IMG/VR virus record: IMGVR_UViG_3300011013_000014
Span: 1-55,279 of that record
Length of the DNA stretch: 55,279 nucleotides
Origin: a virus
Lineage: Duplodnaviria; Caudoviricetes
Direction: 5' to 3' (one strand)
Under the pieces are notes generated by a model. The model did not search any database. It was not told where the DNA came from and saw nothing but the letters and a program-made list of their open reading frames with translations. The stretch's first letter is position 1; every line of letters starts with the position of its first letter. Both the position numbers and the translations under genes were made by a program. This document shows, piece after piece, positions 10,401 to 20,126 of this stretch.

Positions 10401-11199
10401 CAATGCTAGTCTTGCTAAAGCACTAGCTCCGCTGGGAGCGTTTATCAATATAGAGCCAATTCTTAGCGAGCTAGGGCACCCTGACAGCGCCCCTACTGCA
10501 GGATTGCCAGGCGCACTAACTGGGTACTTGTCAGACATCACAAATGCAGTACGTAGCGTTTCACAGATTGTCAAGCGAAACCCATCAAGCGATATAGAGT
10601 CTTTGCAAAAAGACATTTACGAGCTAGAAGGCGGACGAGCTAGCTTAGGCGTATTGCTTGATCGGGCTACTGACTTCGGAGAGTCTGAGCTTGAAGAAAT
10701 AAGAGAGGATATTATCAGCCTAAACAAGGCTGCAGAACAGGCAGCATTTGTTTTAGATCAGTGGAAAAACATATATCAGCAATTAGGACAAATGGAGCAA
10801 AAACAAGATCAAGCGGGCCCTTTGAACCTTTTGGAAACTATTTTAAATGTTATTCAAGACCCTTCGTTTCATATAGCTGACGTACTCCCTGCTGACCAAA
10901 TTGGGGCGCGACTTGATTTGCAGTTGGCAGTCGAAGACGTGGCGGAATCTATTAGTGCGGGACGGTTTAGCGATGAGATGTTACCCGTACTTGCTCCACA
11001 ATTCGCAAAAGTAGTACAAGACATCAGGGAGGCCATAGGTGCTCAAAGACTAACTAGAGAATATGTGGCCGGACTTGTATCGTCCTTTAAGAGTATTAAG
11101 AACTATGCTGACACTGAACATGATCAGGGTTCTTATATGTTCGATGAAGATGATGTAGATGATAATTACACTAACGATAAGTATTATTCATTGCAGTAG
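7402..11199 (+). CDS. large hypothetical protein (1265 aa), possibly virion-associated
   Basis: Long ORF with SD AGGTG; no recognised catalytic motifs; contains KYA and KTA sites. Confidence 0.75.
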   Translation: MLAGAVVKSISNNINKYAESFRNTGDLKWFLRYAQEASLYRKFTKAKRVKDDFFVPLNIDDFLGLLKDAAEVPSGDEVQDSLNQLVASALLRHYVDFDGAAPAFKTYNMGPIADTLSDPLLVQDNDDFDNVRTLFLNKVSDPDADLSDEIKEVFVSIARNEEQLRNAIDFVLTVAYLNAYSYVVYSNPILTVLDPDQVLAESLTKTAAGPSKQDLKRRTPSKRGPRLSDLLNAVRITSGKFALSLRNTMRQIDAYSKQGIPTPSALVRQHDELLKNITYLDAYIDYLTRLKNDLQTFMTSNIENPYLKYGGGARDYITDNPLVRSGIKNVEKLGDLFRAPTPKKLFEVDGWDGAKVKFSQFGLPQNLFHKHYAAKMGDPSYQKDMASSLSDNARLAQGYFKNSRFSSRLEELKSVMPGAPSAQLVDIYDDISKQLSASVPNLSSDLEGEGLDDSGVGVIESYESDMAESTSKAKALLGEKYAAQVGENKGRFNDFLDKIIIQDALPLTPLDLKGLSGTLWPSPAKSKNVITETSKNIFPVLHDVLDSGQFRQNYIQNESDMIVYEEEHAGGAPSQLEHEIDKHKKEISKAPILRDEIGIINLPVDSVASYKESFGNMINDILFNNWDHTKSMLDMTDIPVQALYAYLGDQYMAVVGTDMACKIACQFGGAREKAAYQEEVEEISTTFGGGREECMCFNKRPPNPAAYEEAQYFVNDLAQPREKKRTTARHADKALAQRTVPGMLEYWHKDPSLKSRDASRPNLAAVISKGAQSAFGAHIRDNGHKFVKALFIQNKELRDAAIRAGKKLDWDDPSNPLPTSLPELAHVTGAFADPIPSSAKKAGRFEGRPDEAMDVVPDDDMYIEGMDTASNHLKRLIESGAIFGLGTSGAINPVREIREGFFQRKQKIINDDERYEEYIVPYDIENRETDNPRKYDIKASEVQSGTDLGAPFDGEVSSKSDAEALIRGLSDDLLEPAVKLQIIQFINRSYPSNEDVAYANNASLAKALAPLGAFINIEPILSELGHPDSAPTAGLPGALTGYLSDITNAVRSVSQIVKRNPSSDIESLQKDIYELEGGRASLGVLLDRATDFGESELEEIREDIISLNKAAEQAAFVLDQWKNIYQQLGQMEQKQDQAGPLNLLETILNVIQDPSFHIADVLPADQIGARLDLQLAVEDVAESISAGRFSDEMLPVLAPQFAKVVQDIREAIGAQRLTREYVAGLVSSFKSIKNYADTEHDQGSYMFDEDDVDDNYTNDKYYSLQ

Positions 11200-11213
11200 T
11201 ACTTGAGGTTTTA

Positions 11214-12503
11214 ATGAAAATAGAAGTAGAAGATACCGGCGGGCTTAGTCGCCGGATAAGCTTCGCAGTGCCAAAAGCCAAGGTGGAAGCAGAATGGGCT
11301 TCTTTCCTTGATGAGGTGCGCTCTAAAGTAGATGTTCCCGGGTTTAGAAAGGGAAAGGCTACTGATGAGGCACTTCAAGCGAAGCTGGGAGACGTGGCTC
11401 GCGCCGAAGTCTCTGGCAGGTTGATTTATAACGCAGTTGTGGACTCGATGCGCGATGAGGAGCTTCCCATTGTGGGCTCTCCTGTCCTTGTCGAATCTGA
11501 CCGAGCAACTGATAAGAGAAAATTCGCTGGTCACTTTAAGCTTGACGGTTCGTTCGAGTTTGCGGCTGATGTAGAATATGAGCCAGAACTGGACGTTACT
11601 GATTACATGGGTGTTGATGTCGTAGGAAAAATGCCTACGTCTGATGACTGGGTAGTAGAGCGTCTTGCTGAATACCAAGACACATTCGCAGAGCGAAATG
11701 AAGTTGAGCGTTCAATTCAGGTCAATGACGAGATAATCATTGATTTCGAGGGTTTTATCGGCGAGGAAACTGTGCCCAACAGCCGTGGTGATTACCAAAC
11801 GATGCTAGTTGGCCAAGGCGGGTTCATTCCTGGTTTTGAAGATGCACTGATAGGCAAGGTGGCAAATGAGCCATTCAGCTTTGATGTCACTTTTCCAGCG
11901 AATTACAAGTCCGAGGATATTGCAGGAAAGGAGGTGAATTTCAAATGTTTTATCCATTCAGTTACAGAAGTAACTGCACATCCTATCAATGATGAGCTTG
12001 CTCAGATGGTATCGTTCGATGATTTAAATGCTTTAAAGGCCGACTTGGCTAGTAAAGTAAGTGATGAGTTCGAAAAGCCTATAAAGGCTAAATTATTCGA
12101 ACAAATCATCAATCATGTAATCATTAAGAACCCATTCATTGTTCCCAATGCATGGGTAGAGTCAGAGACCGGAGTTACAGCGCAAAGATTAGGCATGAAA
12201 GAAATGCCTACAGACCCTGCTGTGATTGATAGTTTGAAGGAAGTGGCCAAGAGAGTAGTGCAGCAGAATTTTATCTTAGATAAAGTGTACGAAAAAGAAG
12301 AGAGCATTCATTTGACTCCAGACGACATTCATGCGTTTCTAGCAGAAGAAGCAAATCGTTTGGACAAGGATGTGGAATATTTGTTGTCACACCTGCGTAA
12401 CTCGGGACAGTATGAGGGCTTCATATCTTTTCAAGAGCACCAGCGTACTATTGATTTCTTATTAAACAATGCTAACTTCACAGAGGAGGTTACTGATGGC
12501 TGA
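11214..12503 (+). CDS. tig: trigger factor
   Basis: VPGFRKGK ribosome-binding loop, FKBP domain (IDFEGF, FIPGFEDALIG, FPANY..EDIAGKEV.F), full length 429 aa. Confidence 0.93.
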   Translation: MKIEVEDTGGLSRRISFAVPKAKVEAEWASFLDEVRSKVDVPGFRKGKATDEALQAKLGDVARAEVSGRLIYNAVVDSMRDEELPIVGSPVLVESDRATDKRKFAGHFKLDGSFEFAADVEYEPELDVTDYMGVDVVGKMPTSDDWVVERLAEYQDTFAERNEVERSIQVNDEIIIDFEGFIGEETVPNSRGDYQTMLVGQGGFIPGFEDALIGKVANEPFSFDVTFPANYKSEDIAGKEVNFKCFIHSVTEVTAHPINDELAQMVSFDDLNALKADLASKVSDEFEKPIKAKLFEQIINHVIIKNPFIVPNAWVESETGVTAQRLGMKEMPTDPAVIDSLKEVAKRVVQQNFILDKVYEKEESIHLTPDDIHAFLAEEANRLDKDVEYLLSHLRNSGQYEGFISFQEHQRTIDFLLNNANFTEEVTDG

Positions 12504-12714
12504 AAACACTGTTGTCCCAGTCTTTGGGTTCAAAATTCGTAAATTTACCGCTCTTCCTGGCAAGGGAGAGGAAGACATGGGCAAGATCCAGTTTATCTTA
12601 GAGGCACCTAAGGACGAGCTGCGTTCTACCGAACATGATGTTAATGACATTTTGGGAGCGATGAACATGCATCACTCCACGCAGGAGCCAATCTCAGTGC
12701 ATCTCCGGTTCTAG
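12496..12714 (+). CDS. hypothetical protein
   Basis: SD GGAGGT before ATG at 12496. Confidence 0.7.
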   Translation: MAENTVVPVFGFKIRKFTALPGKGEEDMGKIQFILEAPKDELRSTEHDVNDILGAMNMHHSTQEPISVHLRF

Positions 12715-12725
12715 TTATATGTTTG

Positions 12726-12759
12726 GCAGGCAGGGGTGAGAGAACCCCCTGCCTGCTTT
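12726..12759 (+). terminator. intrinsic terminator
   Basis: GCAGGCAGGGG...CCCCTGCCTGC 11-bp stem followed by TTT. Confidence 0.7.
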
Positions 12760-12778
12760 CAAATGGGGGCGAGACAAA

Positions 12779-13114
12779 ATGGAATCAGTTCAATTAAAAA
12801 CAGTACTAAAGCATTATCCCCTTAGCAGGTGTGCTACGTGTGATAGCCACGAATACATACTTCCGTTTCCCATAACAGGCGCTATTACTGACTTTTTGGT
12901 GGTTTTCGGGGAGCTAAAATATCCGGTCCCAAAGATAAGTCTGATAAAGATTTCAAATCCGCACATCCAGTTAAATAGCAAAGTAGGAACTAATAAAATA
13001 CGTATTAAGTTCAAAAAAGACCCCGAGAAAAGAGGGCTGTTCGAAATACAGTTGGCGGCCTATATATCCAAACACATGAGTGTGATCGTAACAACTGATG
13101 GCACCCTAAAATAA
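12779..13114 (+). CDS. hypothetical protein
   Basis: 111-aa ORF with a CxxC. Confidence 0.65.
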   Translation: MESVQLKTVLKHYPLSRCATCDSHEYILPFPITGAITDFLVVFGELKYPVPKISLIKISNPHIQLNSKVGTNKIRIKFKKDPEKRGLFEIQLAAYISKHMSVIVTTDGTLK

Positions 13115-13135
13115 TTACAAGAATCAGAGGTTCTA

Positions 13136-16100
13136 ATGTCATTCGTAAATCTACATGGGCATAGTTGTTACTCCGTGCTTGATGCTATCATTCCTATTAA
13201 GGAAATGTTTGAGCGCGTCAATGAATTGGGACAAAAAGCCGTTGCTATTACAGACCATGGAAATATGGCCTCAATGCATGAGGCGTATGGATTATACAAG
13301 CAATACAAGAAGGACGGAAGTTCATTCAAATTCATTCCAGGAAATGAGATTTACTTTGTAGAAGACTTAGAAGACAAGAAGGCCAAGAGAAGGCATCTAG
13401 TATTATTGGCGGCAAATGAAGAGGGATATAAGAACCTGCTTAGCATAACAGCTGAGGGCTATCTCAATGCTGTTACCGTAATGAATAGGCAATTCCCGCG
13501 TGTCACTGCTGATATTTTAAAGAAGTACAATAGGGGATTATTTGCCACTTCTGCCTGTGGCGGGTCACTCATAGCTGCTGCAATATGGGAGGGAGACCGA
13601 CAGAAGGCCCTTGACGCTGCCACGGTTTTTAAGAACATATTCGGCAACAGGTTTTTTATTGAGTTACAACCGCACGACCTCCATAGGGGTGACTTCAACC
13701 AGGGGGCTCTTAATGATCAAATTAAAACCGTGGCGGAAGAGTTAGACATTCAAATGATAGCCACTTGTGACTCTCATTACCTAACACCCAAGCATGAGCG
13801 ATACCACGATATGGTTCTTGCCATTTCTTCTAAGAAGGCTCTTGACGATCCTAAACGCCATAGGTACGCCAGTGTCGAACCATGTATTGTTTGCGCAGGC
13901 ACTAAGGTTTTTCCTCTTGACTCAGATACGGCGTGTGACCGGTGCATGGGGACTGGTTTGGGAAAAATAAAGCAGTGTGCGGAATTCTACCTAAAAACAG
14001 AACAAGAAATGTACGGCTATTTTGCCAAGAGGTATAATTCTGGATTCGCTAAACAATTAATAAATAACACGTCCATCATTAGCGACGCATGCGACCCGCC
14101 CGATTATATGGAGCCAGGGGAGTACAGACTTCCTATTTTTCCATGGCAAGATGAGGGTGACGCAAGCGAGTTTCGATCTTGGAGAGAAAATAAAGAAACC
14201 CTAGAGGGGCTGGCTGATGACGCCGCCTATTTGCGTTTTAAATCCTGGAAGGCCATGAAGGTATATTGTCGTGGTTTTGATAAAGATAAAATAATGGTAT
14301 ATTGGCAGCGCCTAAATAAAGAGTTAGAGATTTTAGAGGCCAGGAGCTTCAGCTCATATATCCTTATAGTTGCAGACTTTGTTAACTGGGCAAAAAATAA
14401 TGGCGTTCGGGTAGGGCCGGGGCGAGGCAGCGGCGCAGGCTCTCTAGTGGGATATTTTATGGGCATTCACGATGTAGATTCCATCAAATATAAGCTTCTT
14501 TTCGAAAGATTTCAGAGCCGATTAAGGCCAGACCCGCCCGATTATGACATTGATTTTGCGCCTTCCGGGAGGGATCGCGTTATTGATTATTGCAGGAGTA
14601 AGTACGGGCGTATGCATGTTGCGCAGATATCCAATGTCTTGCGTTTGACGCCAAAATTGGTTATAAAGGACGTATCTCGATCGTTACAGCTTGGAGGAGA
14701 TAAAAGCTCTGCTTTTAAAATTGCCAACGAGGTGACCTCAACTGTGAAAGACGAGATCGTAAAGGGTAACAAAAAGATAAAAGTAGACGATATGTCTACG
14801 GCCTTGGATTCTTCCAGAAGGTTGCGTGAGTTTGTAATAGAGTACCCAGAGGTACTAGATTATAGTAAGAACATTGTAGGGCTTCCAAAGACATTTGCCA
14901 CTCATGCTGGGGGGCTTGTAATATCAGATATTCCGCTAAATGAATATATTCCTCTTCGTTGTGATAAGGCGGGCAGTTTAATAACTCAGTACGACAAGGA
15001 CGCGTGTGAGGATGTCAAGCTAGTAAAGATGGACTTCTTGGCAACTGAAGTTTTAGATGTGATATCTGAGACTATTGAGTTAGCTTCTGGTATTGGAATA
15101 GGTGTGGCTGATACAAAAAACATGCCATTAGACGATAGCAACACTTACAGGCTAATTGCCACTGGGTACTTAGCAGGTGTGTTTCAGCTTGCAGGGAGCC
15201 TGACCTCTCTTTGCAAAGCAATAAAGCCCAGGAATATATATGATATTGCGCTAATTAATGCTCTGGGTCGGCCGAATTGCTCTCCAAAGGAAAGGGCTGA
15301 CTTTATTGCTCGTAGATTCGGCAAGCAAAAAACCACATATACTCATCCTGCATTGGAGCCTGTTCTTAAAGAGACGCTCGGCATTCCTATCTTTGATGAA
15401 GACTTGTTGCGGATAGCTAATCACGTGGCTGGATGGGACCTTTCCAAGGCTGATGGTTTGAGAAAGCTCACGAAGTTAAAAAGCAAGGGAGAGGCCCTGG
15501 CGGACAAGTTAGAAAAAGACTTTATTTCCGATACGGTATCAGTATCCAAGATAAGCAAAGACGATGCCACTACTATGTGGAACGATGTAGTGGTCCCATT
15601 TACCAAGTACGGATTTAATCTTAGCCACGCCATAGCTTACAGCATGATATCATACTATACTGCATATTACAAAGTGCACGCAACCGCTCCGTTTCTTTGT
15701 GCAGCTCTAAATAAAGAGACGCGGGGAAATAAACAAAATAGAAGCGAGCAGATAGACATACTTAAGCGAGACTGTAAGAGATTCAAAATAAGCATCAGAA
15801 CTTGTGATATTAACAAAAGCAAGCAGTACTATACAGTGCAAGATAAAAGCACTATTATTACTGGCCTAGGTGCAATTAAGGGAATAGGAGACAAGGCTCT
15901 TGATGCCATTATTTCTCATCAGCCATACGCTTCTTTTGCAGATTTTCTACATAGAACACCCTCTAGGACTGTCAGCAAGTCAGTAGTTATTGCCCTTGCC
16001 CAGGCTGGTGCTTTTGATAGTTTCGGCATTTCGAGAAAGTATGCAGCCACCCAATATGACAAGGTTCGTAAGATTATAATAAAAGACTTGAAGGCACTGA

Positions 16101-16651
16101 CCAAGAAGTTTGAAAGCGAGATCATGGTGGCTTCTGTAGGCGATGGTTATGGCCCGGATGAGTCACTGTACGCATTAGAGAAAGATTATTTAGTTAATTT
16201 CGTATACAGCCTAACGGGAGAGCACAAGGAAGAGTGGTCTTTACAAGAGAGGCTATCTGGAGAGAAGACAGTATTGGGCGAGTATCTGTCCGGCTCAGCA
16301 GAGGACATTTTCCCAGGTTTTTTTAAGGGAGGTATTTATGGTCAGTCATTTGTTAGAATTGCTAAGTCTCCAGACGGTGTTAATTTTAATATGGAAGGCT
16401 TAATTGTATCTATTAGAGAGATAGCTATTAAGAAGCCAGGAAGAAACCTGGGCAAGCTTATGGCTAAATTAAATGTGGAAAACCTCAGGGGAGAGACGGT
16501 AGACGTTACCCTGTGGCCCCAGGATTACAGTAAGTTCAAAAGGTTTTTGGGTGTGGGCATCCCTATTCGAGGATTATTCAAAGTGAATGAATATAATGGT
16601 TCAAAATCATTAGTGATGTTAAACTTAGAAGCTATATACAGAGAGAGTTAA
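13136..16651 (+). CDS. dnaE: DNA polymerase III alpha subunit (family C)
   Basis: PHP domain (LHGHS, TDHG, GNE, CDSH), GPGRGSGAGSLV, PDYDIDF, THAGG, KMDFL, YGFNLSHA, HhH and C-terminal OB fold. Confidence 0.96.
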   Translation: MSFVNLHGHSCYSVLDAIIPIKEMFERVNELGQKAVAITDHGNMASMHEAYGLYKQYKKDGSSFKFIPGNEIYFVEDLEDKKAKRRHLVLLAANEEGYKNLLSITAEGYLNAVTVMNRQFPRVTADILKKYNRGLFATSACGGSLIAAAIWEGDRQKALDAATVFKNIFGNRFFIELQPHDLHRGDFNQGALNDQIKTVAEELDIQMIATCDSHYLTPKHERYHDMVLAISSKKALDDPKRHRYASVEPCIVCAGTKVFPLDSDTACDRCMGTGLGKIKQCAEFYLKTEQEMYGYFAKRYNSGFAKQLINNTSIISDACDPPDYMEPGEYRLPIFPWQDEGDASEFRSWRENKETLEGLADDAAYLRFKSWKAMKVYCRGFDKDKIMVYWQRLNKELEILEARSFSSYILIVADFVNWAKNNGVRVGPGRGSGAGSLVGYFMGIHDVDSIKYKLLFERFQSRLRPDPPDYDIDFAPSGRDRVIDYCRSKYGRMHVAQISNVLRLTPKLVIKDVSRSLQLGGDKSSAFKIANEVTSTVKDEIVKGNKKIKVDDMSTALDSSRRLREFVIEYPEVLDYSKNIVGLPKTFATHAGGLVISDIPLNEYIPLRCDKAGSLITQYDKDACEDVKLVKMDFLATEVLDVISETIELASGIGIGVADTKNMPLDDSNTYRLIATGYLAGVFQLAGSLTSLCKAIKPRNIYDIALINALGRPNCSPKERADFIARRFGKQKTTYTHPALEPVLKETLGIPIFDEDLLRIANHVAGWDLSKADGLRKLTKLKSKGEALADKLEKDFISDTVSVSKISKDDATTMWNDVVVPFTKYGFNLSHAIAYSMISYYTAYYKVHATAPFLCAALNKETRGNKQNRSEQIDILKRDCKRFKISIRTCDINKSKQYYTVQDKSTIITGLGAIKGIGDKALDAIISHQPYASFADFLHRTPSRTVSKSVVIALAQAGAFDSFGISRKYAATQYDKVRKIIIKDLKALTKKFESEIMVASVGDGYGPDESLYALEKDYLVNFVYSLTGEHKEEWSLQERLSGEKTVLGEYLSGSAEDIFPGFFKGGIYGQSFVRIAKSPDGVNFNMEGLIVSIREIAIKKPGRNLGKLMAKLNVENLRGETVDVTLWPQDYSKFKRFLGVGIPIRGLFKVNEYNGSKSLVMLNLEAIYRES

Positions 16652-16652
16652 T

Positions 16653-17231
16653 ATGAAGTGTATGAATTGCAACGTTCCCGTTCCTCCTAATTTTGCCAAG
16701 GCAATTATAGATAATGTATGCCCCGCGTGCGGTAAAGACATTTTGGGGCCGTCAGAGTTTAGGGAGTTGATAAAAACAAAGAGCCTATTGCAGGATCTCG
16801 CTATTGATGATAATATGAAAATAAGCGTTTCGGCAGTTATTTCTCAAAGATACGATTTGGTTCCAAAAGGCACTGCTAGGCGCCCTGATGGTCTGCCAAG
16901 TGAGGAAGAGATAGACGCCACTGAGGGCTTGAGTGATGAAGAAAAAACGAGGCTAAAGGCCCTTAGGGAGGCTCAGGCGGCAATAAAAAATAAGCAGGAT
17001 GGCGCCATTGTTAAGGAGTGGGGAATGGATCATGGACAATTCGGCTCAGAAGGAGGTGGCTCTGAGGTAGCGATCGATATGGCCCTCCTAGACGATCTTC
17101 CCCTTGCAGGAATGGATATAGCCCCTTTAGCAGCTACCAATAGCAAAGAAAAATACCGTACGGATTTGATGGCAAAGGCCCATGCTTTAAAAGAGGATCC
17201 AAACATGTTCCGAGTACAACGTGCTGAATAA
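16653..17231 (+). CDS. zinc-ribbon hypothetical protein
   Basis: MKCMNC...CPACG at the N-terminus. Confidence 0.7.
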   Translation: MKCMNCNVPVPPNFAKAIIDNVCPACGKDILGPSEFRELIKTKSLLQDLAIDDNMKISVSAVISQRYDLVPKGTARRPDGLPSEEEIDATEGLSDEEKTRLKALREAQAAIKNKQDGAIVKEWGMDHGQFGSEGGGSEVAIDMALLDDLPLAGMDIAPLAATNSKEKYRTDLMAKAHALKEDPNMFRVQRAE

Positions 17232-17493
17232 TTATAAAATATACGAAGTAGGAGGAATAAAGTTTTCTCTTACCAAAAGAGAGGGCATAGAGTTTACGAC
17301 ATTAATATCTCAAATGTCAAATATACCAGACTTGAAGTCTATGGTAGAGACAGACAAGAATGGTTTCATAGTTTATTTTAGCCCAAGAGAAATAAGCTGG
17401 TCCCTCGTGTTTTTCATACAGAACCTCATGATAATGCAGAGATTAAGGGTTATAGACGACATGGTCAATGAAAAGGAAGAAAAGAATGACTGA
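17221..17493 (+). CDS. hypothetical protein
   Basis: 90-aa ORF with GTG start, overlapping both neighbours. Confidence 0.55.
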   Translation: MLNNYKIYEVGGIKFSLTKREGIEFTTLISQMSNIPDLKSMVETDKNGFIVYFSPREISWSLVFFIQNLMIMQRLRVIDDMVNEKEEKND

Positions 17494-18058
17494 TATTACC
17501 CCCGCAGACAGTCATCTGTCTGTACTTGAAAGCGAAGTTAGAAAGTCGCACAACCTTCCACTGAATCACCTTACGATGCGTACCTTATTGGATATTTCTA
17601 GAGAGATACCAGAGGATGCCAATAGCCTAAACGGGCCTTATGCTGAGTTTTTAGCAGGCAGGTTTTTAAAAGGGATGGACCTGTGCGGCGAGTTATACTC
17701 ATTGGCAGTTTCATACGAAATGAAAATGGACATAGCGAAGAAACGCGAATTCGCGGATGCAATGATAATTAGGGCAGTAGAGAGAAATTTAAAGACAGTT
17801 AAAGAGAAAGAATATTATGCTCATGCAGATGGGGAGTATATTGAGGCAGCGGAGGCGTTTGCTGCAGCAAAAATGTTCCGTCTTTTGTTAGAGCAGAAAA
17901 AAGATGCATTTTATAAAGCGCATTATTTGATGCGTAAAATCGCTGATAAGAGCACAGAAACAGAAACAGAAACAAGTTACAGCTATGTAGATCAGAATAA
18001 TAATAGCCCATCAGATGCAGTTAATGCATGGGTAAGGCATTCAACTTACAAAGAGTAA
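17486..18058 (+). CDS. helical protein, possibly UvsY-like recombination mediator
   Basis: KEYYAHADGEYIEA...LLEQKKDAF pattern resembles UvsY; next to SSB and near RecA. Confidence 0.45.
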   Translation: MTDITPADSHLSVLESEVRKSHNLPLNHLTMRTLLDISREIPEDANSLNGPYAEFLAGRFLKGMDLCGELYSLAVSYEMKMDIAKKREFADAMIIRAVERNLKTVKEKEYYAHADGEYIEAAEAFAAAKMFRLLLEQKKDAFYKAHYLMRKIADKSTETETETSYSYVDQNNNSPSDAVNAWVRHSTYKE

Positions 18059-18076
18059 CAAAAACAGGAGAATATT

Positions 18077-18757
18077 ATGGGAACAGCAGCTTTTGGACAG
18101 TTAACTTCATGGAACGACGTATCGCCTAGTGGCTCCGGGGGCGACTTTACTCGCTTGCCAGAGGACGGTGATTACGATTTTAGGTTTCTCACAGAGATTC
18201 CTTTCGAATACCCAGTTCATTGGGTAGAGAATAGCAGGGGAAAGCGAAGCAAAATCAAGTGCGCAGGTCGTGGGTGCCCTGTGTGCGAGCGCGGAGAGGT
18301 ACCTAAGAACGTTTATCTTTGCCATGTCATAAACAGGAAGCTTAATCGCATTCAAGTTTATGAGTTCGGCAAGCAAGTATTTGACCAAATTAAAAAACTG
18401 GCATTGAATCCAAAATGGGGTGATATTAGAGGATATGATGTTACTATTACTAAAGATGTTGCTTCAAAGCCCCAGGTATACAACGTTAGCCCTGATCCCG
18501 CGAAGAACAACCTTACTGATGAGGAAAAAGCAGACGCTATGGAGTTCATGAAGCGTATGGACCTCAATAAGCTTTCAGCTTCCGCAAAGCCCGAAGAAGT
18601 AAATCAAAAATTGGCAGAAATTGAGGGAGGCACGTTTGCTCCTGTCGCGGCAGGAACGGCCTTTTCACATAAGGGTAGCACCGGGACTGATAGTGCGGCC
18701 CCTGCAGAGGAGAAGCCTAATTGGGATTTTGAACAGAATTTTCCTGATTTTAGTTAA
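18077..18757 (+). CDS. single-stranded DNA-binding protein, T4 gp32-like
   Basis: FRFL, HW, C....CPVC zinc site, FG..VFDQI, D..GYDVTI.K, and acidic/aromatic C-terminal tail (NFPDFS); SD AGGAG. Confidence 0.75.
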   Translation: MGTAAFGQLTSWNDVSPSGSGGDFTRLPEDGDYDFRFLTEIPFEYPVHWVENSRGKRSKIKCAGRGCPVCERGEVPKNVYLCHVINRKLNRIQVYEFGKQVFDQIKKLALNPKWGDIRGYDVTITKDVASKPQVYNVSPDPAKNNLTDEEKADAMEFMKRMDLNKLSASAKPEEVNQKLAEIEGGTFAPVAAGTAFSHKGSTGTDSAAPAEEKPNWDFEQNFPDFS

Positions 18758-18777
18758 TAAAGACCTAGTTGCGTCTA

Positions 18778-18815
18778 GGGACCCGCAGGAAAAATACTGC
18801 GGGTCCCCTTTTTTT
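18778..18815 (+). terminator. intrinsic terminator
   Basis: GGGACCCGCAG...CTGCGGGTCCC 11-bp stem followed by T7. Confidence 0.85.
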
Positions 18816-18829
18816 GATAGGAGATTTGT

Positions 18830-19582
18830 ATGTTTGCTACCTTGACCAAGGGCCTGGAATACGCTAAAGACAAAATAAGCGAAAAAGCAATGTTATGGAG
18901 AGCAGAAGCACTACTTAATCTTGCTGGAATAAAGGCAGACGACGTGGATGTAGAAGATAATGCTATTTTATTCAAGACATTAAATGACAAAACAGCTTTA
19001 TTTATGGTGGATACGACAATAGGCCACCGACTAGAGAGCACTATTGCGTTCGACGCAGAAGCCAGCTCCTTAAAGGCGGTTTCAGACATAGCAAATGTAG
19101 CTTTTAGCCACAAGTGCTGTACTACCGGCCTTAAGGTATCTGGCCCGGGAAGGCTAAGAGTGTTAATAGCGTATCACCTAGGATCTGGACTTAGTAAAGA
19201 GGCTGTAGAAAATGGTGTAGAGCTCTTAGGCTTGTGCATAGAAGAAATTGTGGAAAATTTAACTCTAAAAGTAGATAATGCTAGCAAGGCCATGATAGAT
19301 ATCTCTATGTTTTCTGAATTTGATGCTATGATTTTCAATCCTAGATTAATAGGAGAGAGAAAAGAATTTCTTTATAGTACATGGGATAATTATGCTAGAG
19401 CAGTATTGCAAAATCAGGACGAGCTTGCATCAGTAGAGACTACAATTGATGAGATAATGGCTTGCAAGGAGTTTGAAGAAGTAAATGACATTCCTCTTGC
19501 TGAGATAGGCGATGTCGCAAGAAAAGAGCTTGGCTCTCATCAGGTAAATATGGAAATGGCGGACGATCTTAGCATTAATTGA
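18830..19582 (+). CDS. hypothetical protein
   Basis: 250-aa ORF with SD AGGAG. Confidence 0.7.
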   Translation: MFATLTKGLEYAKDKISEKAMLWRAEALLNLAGIKADDVDVEDNAILFKTLNDKTALFMVDTTIGHRLESTIAFDAEASSLKAVSDIANVAFSHKCCTTGLKVSGPGRLRVLIAYHLGSGLSKEAVENGVELLGLCIEEIVENLTLKVDNASKAMIDISMFSEFDAMIFNPRLIGERKEFLYSTWDNYARAVLQNQDELASVETTIDEIMACKEFEEVNDIPLAEIGDVARKELGSHQVNMEMADDLSIN

Positions 19583-19595
19583 TGTATCAAAAAAT

Positions 19596-20126
19596 ATGAG
19601 CATCGTATTATCATTGGACATATCCTCTCGTTCCACAGGCCATGCAGTTTTTAAAAATGGCAAATTGCTAAAGCGTAGCCTGGGCACTATAGCTACAAAA
19701 GCCAAGACCCATGGTGAGAGATTAGAGTTTTTTGAAGAATCTTTGTGGGCCCTTATTGACAAGTACCAGCCCACGCTTATTGTAGTAGAAGATATTTGGT
19801 ACGGAAGGAATCTAAAAACTTTTAGGATTCTATCTTATTATCATGGCATAGTACACAAGGTGTCATGGCAGCATAATAATGAGCTGCCTTTAATCTTAGG
19901 AACTTCAGAAGTCAGAAGTCTCATAGGCCAAGAGTTCGATATTAATCTTATGCCCAGTAAGAAAATAAGACTGCAAATGGGTATAGAGAAAACATCTAAA
20001 GAACTTACTTTTGATTTTATCAAAAATAAGTTTAAGTTTAAAGACTATGTGTTTAAGACACATAATGATATTACAGACGCAGTGGCCATTTGCTTGGCAC
20101 ATAGTTTGATAAAAGAGGTTGACTGA
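19596..20126 (+). CDS. ruvC: RuvC-like Holliday junction resolvase
   Basis: [16 protein letters not shown] and C-terminal DITDAVAI acidic RNase H-fold motifs. Confidence 0.82.
   Translation: MSIVLSLDISSRSTGHAVFKNGKLLKRSLGTIATKAKTHGERLEFFEESLWALIDKYQPTLIVVEDIWYGRNLKTFRILSYYHGIVHKVSWQHNNELPLILGTSEVRSLIGQEFDINLMPSKKIRLQMGIEKTSKELTFDFIKNKFKFKDYVFKTHNDITDAVAICLAHSLIKEVD

Noticed and set aside
13883-13978. Mini-intein in DnaE
   Set aside because: Too short and lacks the HN/C terminal and block B motifs; treated as a zinc-finger insert
19596-20126. TnpB/Cas12 or transposase reading of the RuvC-fold ORF
   Set aside because: Only 176 aa, no zinc finger or element ends; size and context fit a Holliday junction resolvase
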